29,417 nucleotides of DNA from a virus (taxonomy: Duplodnaviria > Caudoviricetes), in the IMG/VR virus record IMGVR_UViG_3300029319_000333, positions 1 through 29,417 of that record; one strand, 5' to 3'. Made by a program: the position numbers and the translations under genes. Shown here piece by piece: positions 26,288 to 29,417 of this stretch (positions are counted from its first letter, which is position 1; every line of letters starts with the position of its first letter). The notes below the pieces were generated by a model that saw only the letters and a list, made by a program, of their open reading frames with translations, did not search any database and had not been told where the DNA came from.

Positions 26288-26801
26288 TGTTGAAGGGTTT
26301 AAGCGGTGGTTGGAGGATGACCCTCGCACGATGTATGATTTCAACTGGGACGACTGGGCAGGGTGCGCGACGTACGTTACCACCGACACCAGCTACAAGT
26401 CTGGCCCCAGTAACGACCTTACCTTGATCTGTGTTGAGGCCAAGGTGCGGCGCCCCCTCCTCCCCTCCATTGTCGAGGGTGAGCTTGACTGGGGCACCTC
26501 GGACGTAGATGTTCGGGGGGCGCCTTGGTGGTGGTATCCGAACATGCGCTACGGGCGGGTGTCCGCCAAGTACATGATCGGTGACAAAATCTGGGGATAC
26601 GAGCAGCGCGACCATGACGCGTGTCTCTACCTTGGCTCGCACGAGATTCACCTTGAGCCCGGTGACATTATCCGGTGCCTCGATGGGCCAGGCATCAATG
26701 CCATCGACACGGAGTTTTACGGCAAGGACGCTGCTCGTGAGCTTGCCCGAATCGACAAGGCCTATGGCGATTTGCCTGTGGTTGATAGCTGGAATGGATA
26801 A
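26280..26801 (+). CDS. Hypothetical protein (acidic, W/Y-rich)
   Basis: 173 aa; GAGGAG RBS; overlaps upstream stop. Confidence 0.75.
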   Translation: MSDVEGFKRWLEDDPRTMYDFNWDDWAGCATYVTTDTSYKSGPSNDLTLICVEAKVRRPLLPSIVEGELDWGTSDVDVRGAPWWWYPNMRYGRVSAKYMIGDKIWGYEQRDHDACLYLGSHEIHLEPGDIIRCLDGPGINAIDTEFYGKDAARELARIDKAYGDLPVVDSWNG

Positions 26802-26818
26802 CAAAGAGGAGACGCGTG

Positions 26819-27016
26819 ATGGATAACCCAATCGTAAAGACCCACCTTGCTGCGACGTATGAGACGCAGGAGCAGTTGCATAAAGCAATAGAGGGCTTCA
26901 GCACGAACGGTGAGAAGGCAGCAGCCACTCTCTTGTTCATGCTAACATGGAACTTTTGCGCCAGGCAGTTTGATCTGGCTATCGAGGAGGCTGAGGATGG
27001 CGAACCAGAAACCTAA
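26819..27016 (+). CDS. Hypothetical protein (65 aa)
   Basis: GAGGAG RBS; ATG 26819 (or GTG 26816). Confidence 0.7.
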   Translation: MDNPIVKTHLAATYETQEQLHKAIEGFSTNGEKAAATLLFMLTWNFCARQFDLAIEEAEDGEPET

Positions 27017-27245
27017 GGGCGTAGACGTTGACTTTGTCTTTGCTGAGATGAATGCGCTCACTGAGCTGTGCCAGCAGAGTGGCATGTGCCCTGCTGAGTT
27101 CTTTACACACGTTTTGAACTACACGTTCAGCGCCCTCGGTGCTGCTTGCCCAAGCCCCACCGACCTCATGCAGGTTGTGGGCGAGGCGATGTCGTACGGT
27201 GGGCAAACTGCAAGCAGGATGCTGGAGCAAATGGATGAGCACTAG
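26997..27245 (+). CDS. Hypothetical protein (82 aa)
   Basis: Start re-called to ATG 26997 after GGAGG. Confidence 0.65.
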   Translation: MANQKPKGVDVDFVFAEMNALTELCQQSGMCPAEFFTHVLNYTFSALGAACPSPTDLMQVVGEAMSYGGQTASRMLEQMDEH

Positions 27246-27435
27246 CGCAGTGGCCTACGTTTTTTGGGCAGCCTACACATTGTTTGTCGCATTCTGCGTC
27301 AGATGGCTTGTTGTCTACATCGCAGATCTGCGGAGAGATCGCGCAGACAAGCTACGCGTAAAGATAAACGACGAGCAGTGGCGCAAGCTCAAGGAGGAGT
27401 TGCATGAGCAAGCACGCTTTACCGACCGACGCTAA
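27235..27435 (+). CDS. Small membrane protein (66 aa)
   Basis: Start re-called to ATG 27235 after GGAG; N-terminal TM AVAYVFWAAYTLFVAFCVRWLVVYI, charged tail. Confidence 0.65.
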   Translation: MSTSAVAYVFWAAYTLFVAFCVRWLVVYIADLRRDRADKLRVKINDEQWRKLKEELHEQARFTDRR

Positions 27436-28030
27436 CCCTCTCGCCAAAGCAATTGGCAAGAAGCTAACGTTTGTCGTCAAGCAACGCCAAGTGGAGTGGG
27501 CTGATGCTGCGCGCCAGTGCGGCATCGGACCCAACCGCTTTCACTACATCCTTCAAGGTGCGCAGGTTCCGGACGAGCGAGAGGCGCAGCGCATTGCTGG
27601 CTGGTTGTTCGAAGCCAAGGACTACACCAAGGACCCGCTACCCAAGACGCCTGCCAAGGTGCGCAAGGGTCGTGGGTTCAAGGCGGTCAAGGTAGACATA
27701 CCAGGCAAGCTTCACGATCGCATGCTGAGGTCAGCGAGCAGGCTTGGCTTGAGTCACAGCGGCATTGTGCAGCTTGCCCTGGAGAGACTGCTCGACAACG
27801 AGCCTATCATGTACGCTTTCGAGCTTGCCGGTGAGCGACTCAACCGAGCCCGCGTTAATGATTACCTAGAGGCTGCGCCAACAATAAAGATTATCCTAGA
27901 GGGTGACGTGGAGCTGGCTGTCCAGATGGGCGCAAAGCTCACGCCACCAAAGCAGAAACCCAAGCCCATGCAAACACACCAGGTGCTTGACGTGAGCATC
28001 GGGGAGGACGACTGGGAGGTAATCGAGTGA
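27404..28030 (+). CDS. Transcription regulator: XRE-like HTH fused to ribbon-helix-helix
   Basis: WADAARQCGIGPNRFHYILQGAQVP (HTH) and VKVDIPGKLHDRMLRSASRLGLSHSGIVQLALERLL (RHH); AAGGAGG RBS. Confidence 0.7.
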   Translation: MSKHALPTDANPLAKAIGKKLTFVVKQRQVEWADAARQCGIGPNRFHYILQGAQVPDEREAQRIAGWLFEAKDYTKDPLPKTPAKVRKGRGFKAVKVDIPGKLHDRMLRSASRLGLSHSGIVQLALERLLDNEPIMYAFELAGERLNRARVNDYLEAAPTIKIILEGDVELAVQMGAKLTPPKQKPKPMQTHQVLDVSIGEDDWEVIE

Positions 28031-28209
28031 GCGACGTAGCTATTCAAAACTGTGAGTTCCGCCTGCCCGGTGACGACAAGTGGATGCTCGCTCGCACTCG
28101 CTGGCCGATGACAACGGAGGAGCAAGACCGCAGGCTTCGCACCAAGTGGGGCCCGGACATAGAGATTCGTCGCAAGCCTAGAAAGTCGGCCCCTCATCTA
28201 GCCAGCTAG
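28027..28209 (+). CDS. Hypothetical protein (60 aa)
   Basis: GTGA overlap with upstream stop; GGAGG RBS. Confidence 0.55.
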   Translation: MSDVAIQNCEFRLPGDDKWMLARTRWPMTTEEQDRRLRTKWGPDIEIRRKPRKSAPHLAS

Positions 28210-28393
28210 ATGGGGGAATTCCAAACTCTCTTTCAATCATCACCGCTTGGAACAGGGTAGGCGGCCTCCTGCCTGTCGTAAGGTGTTGCAGCTGTCCGGC
28301 TGACATCTGCATCGAAGAGGCGACCTTTTTCTTCGTCCAGCCTTCTCGCAATCTTTCATCAACACACTCTTGCAATTCTCGTACAGGATCCAT
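28178..28393 (-). CDS. Cro/XRE-family HTH regulator (about 71 aa)
   Basis: GWTKKKVASSMQMSAGQLQHLTTGRRPPTLFQAVMIEREFGIPPSSW; start re-called to ATG 28393 (alternative 28405). Confidence 0.75.
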   Translation of the reverse strand: MDPVRELQECVDERLREGWTKKKVASSMQMSAGQLQHLTTGRRPPTLFQAVMIEREFGIPPSSWLDEGPTF

Positions 28394-28413
28394 AAAAACT
28401 GTCATACCAATGC

Positions 28414-28428
28414 TGCACAATCTGTGCA
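28414..28428. promoter_or_regulatory. Palindromic operator TGCACA-ATC-TGTGCA
   Basis: Perfect 6-bp inverted repeat between the divergent HTH and nuclease genes. Confidence 0.65.
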
Positions 28429-28443
28429 ACATAAGGAAACGCG

Positions 28444-29417
28444 ATGAACATAGTAACTGCATCAAGCCTAAACACTTACTCGAAGTGTCCTCGCCGGTAC
28501 CAGTACAGGTACATGGAGGAGTTCGAGTCCACCCTACCGCAAGAGGCCTTGCTTGTCGGCACAGCTGTGCATATTGGCATCGAGCGCTTCTGGCTCGGCG
28601 ACACGGCGACTGACATGTTCCTGGCTGTTGACGAGTATTACAGAGAGAGCCCCACGTTCTGGTCTAGCAAGCGGGGCGAGGTCGAGCAGGCCAAGGTCGC
28701 AGCATACCTCTACGGGTACATCAAGGAGCGATCTCCAATGGTAGGCGAATACGAGGTGCTGGGCGTTGAGGAGGAGTGGCGCGAAACGCTACACGTGCAG
28801 CAGATGGACTTGCACTCGCAGCGTGCCGGCAAGTTTGACCTGGTTATCCGACGCAAGGCAGACGGTGAGGTTTTCGTTGTTGACCATAAGACTAGCGGAT
28901 CTCGTGACATTGAGGACCCAGCGTCGCTGTTCTGGTCAAAGCTTGTGTTTGACACACAGGTCGTCATGTACCTGGACGCAGCGCAGCGCAAGTACAACTT
29001 GAGCAGGCGCCCGCGATTTGTTTACGACGTCATTCGCAAAACGAAATCCAAGCCGTCAATGACCAAGCGAGTTGCGCGGCGAAAGACTGAGACCAAGTTT
29101 CAATTTGAGTCACGCAAGGCGAGTGTCACTGAAACGTTTGCCCAGTACCGTGCACGTATTCTAAAAGAATACACGAACGACCCGTCACGGTACATGTGGC
29201 GAGAAATCCTTATCACCCACGACGAGGTAGAGCGCAGGCAGGACGAGCTGTTCCTGCTTGAGAAGCAGATTCAAAACGCACCGCTGGCGTACGACCTGCC
29301 TCGAAACCCAAACGCGTGCATGTCTGCATGGGGCGCTTGCCCCTACTTCCCTGTCTGCGCAGGGCAAGATGACCTCAGCACGTCAGATGCATACCGGCAC
29401 AAACCGGCCCACTCAGA
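28444..29417 (+). CDS. PD-(D/E)XK RecB/AddB/Cas4-like exonuclease with 4-Cys Fe-S staple (runs off the window; absent from the ORF track)
   Basis: Read by hand: MNIVTASSLNTYSKCPRRY, GTAVH, VLGVEEE, GKFDLV, VVDHKT, QVVMY, ACMSAWGACPYFPVC; AAGGA RBS. Confidence 0.9.
   Translation, partial: MNIVTASSLNTYSKCPRRYQYRYMEEFESTLPQEALLVGTAVHIGIERFWLGDTATDMFLAVDEYYRESPTFWSSKRGEVEQAKVAAYLYGYIKERSPMVGEYEVLGVEEEWRETLHVQQMDLHSQRAGKFDLVIRRKADGEVFVVDHKTSGSRDIEDPASLFWSKLVFDTQVVMYLDAAQRKYNLSRRPRFVYDVIRKTKSKPSMTKRVARRKTETKFQFESRKASVTETFAQYRARILKEYTNDPSRYMWREILITHDEVERRQDELFLLEKQIQNAPLAYDLPRNPNACMSAWGACPYFPVCAGQDDLSTSDAYRHKPAHS

Larger units (their letters stand above)
1..29417. mobile_element. Tailed dsDNA bacteriophage genome segment (podovirus-like); free phage versus prophage cannot be determined
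   Basis: Terminase-portal-scaffold-capsid-adaptor-nozzle-ejection protein synteny; no tape measure, tail tube or sheath gene in the window; no host housekeeping genes or integrase seen. Confidence 0.95.

Noticed and set aside
28414-28428. NtrC site
   Set aside because: Spacing is TGCAC-N5-GTGCA rather than N7, and no sigma54 promoter was seen nearby
28444-29417. Cas4-like nuclease as part of a CRISPR system
   Set aside because: No repeat-spacer array or other cas gene in the window; solo PD-(D/E)XK Fe-S nucleases are common phage recombination genes

Overview
The whole window is part of a tailed dsDNA phage genome (Caudoviricetes, podovirus-type gene set). It has two divergent arms. The minus-strand late operon (1-20845) encodes a TerS candidate, TerL, a repeat protein, portal, scaffold, major capsid protein, decoration proteins, head-tail adaptor, tail nozzle and ejection proteins. 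The plus-strand early arm (22263-29417) encodes a small basic protein, a DUF932-like protein, a Cys-rich peptide, a putative Fe-S protein, an HTH+RHH regulator, a divergent Cro-like HTH and a Cas4/RecB-like nuclease. The most unusual part is the control region between the arms (about 20850-24100). It holds tandem TCACGCGTGA palindromes, a GTAC-dense and Z-DNA-type purine/pyrimidine tract, and a sigma54-type promoter with two palindromic enhancer-like sites at about -110/-140. Downstream are a densely base-paired leader of about 500 nt with a pseudoknot, long RNA stems that enclose whole ORFs in loops, and a second structured element of about 300 nt. A GGARACGCG motif recurs in the ribosome-binding regions of six early genes and has a complementary segment in the leader. 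Together these suggest an undescribed RNA-based early-gene control system. All pairings were found by eye and family calls come from motif recognition, not database searches.
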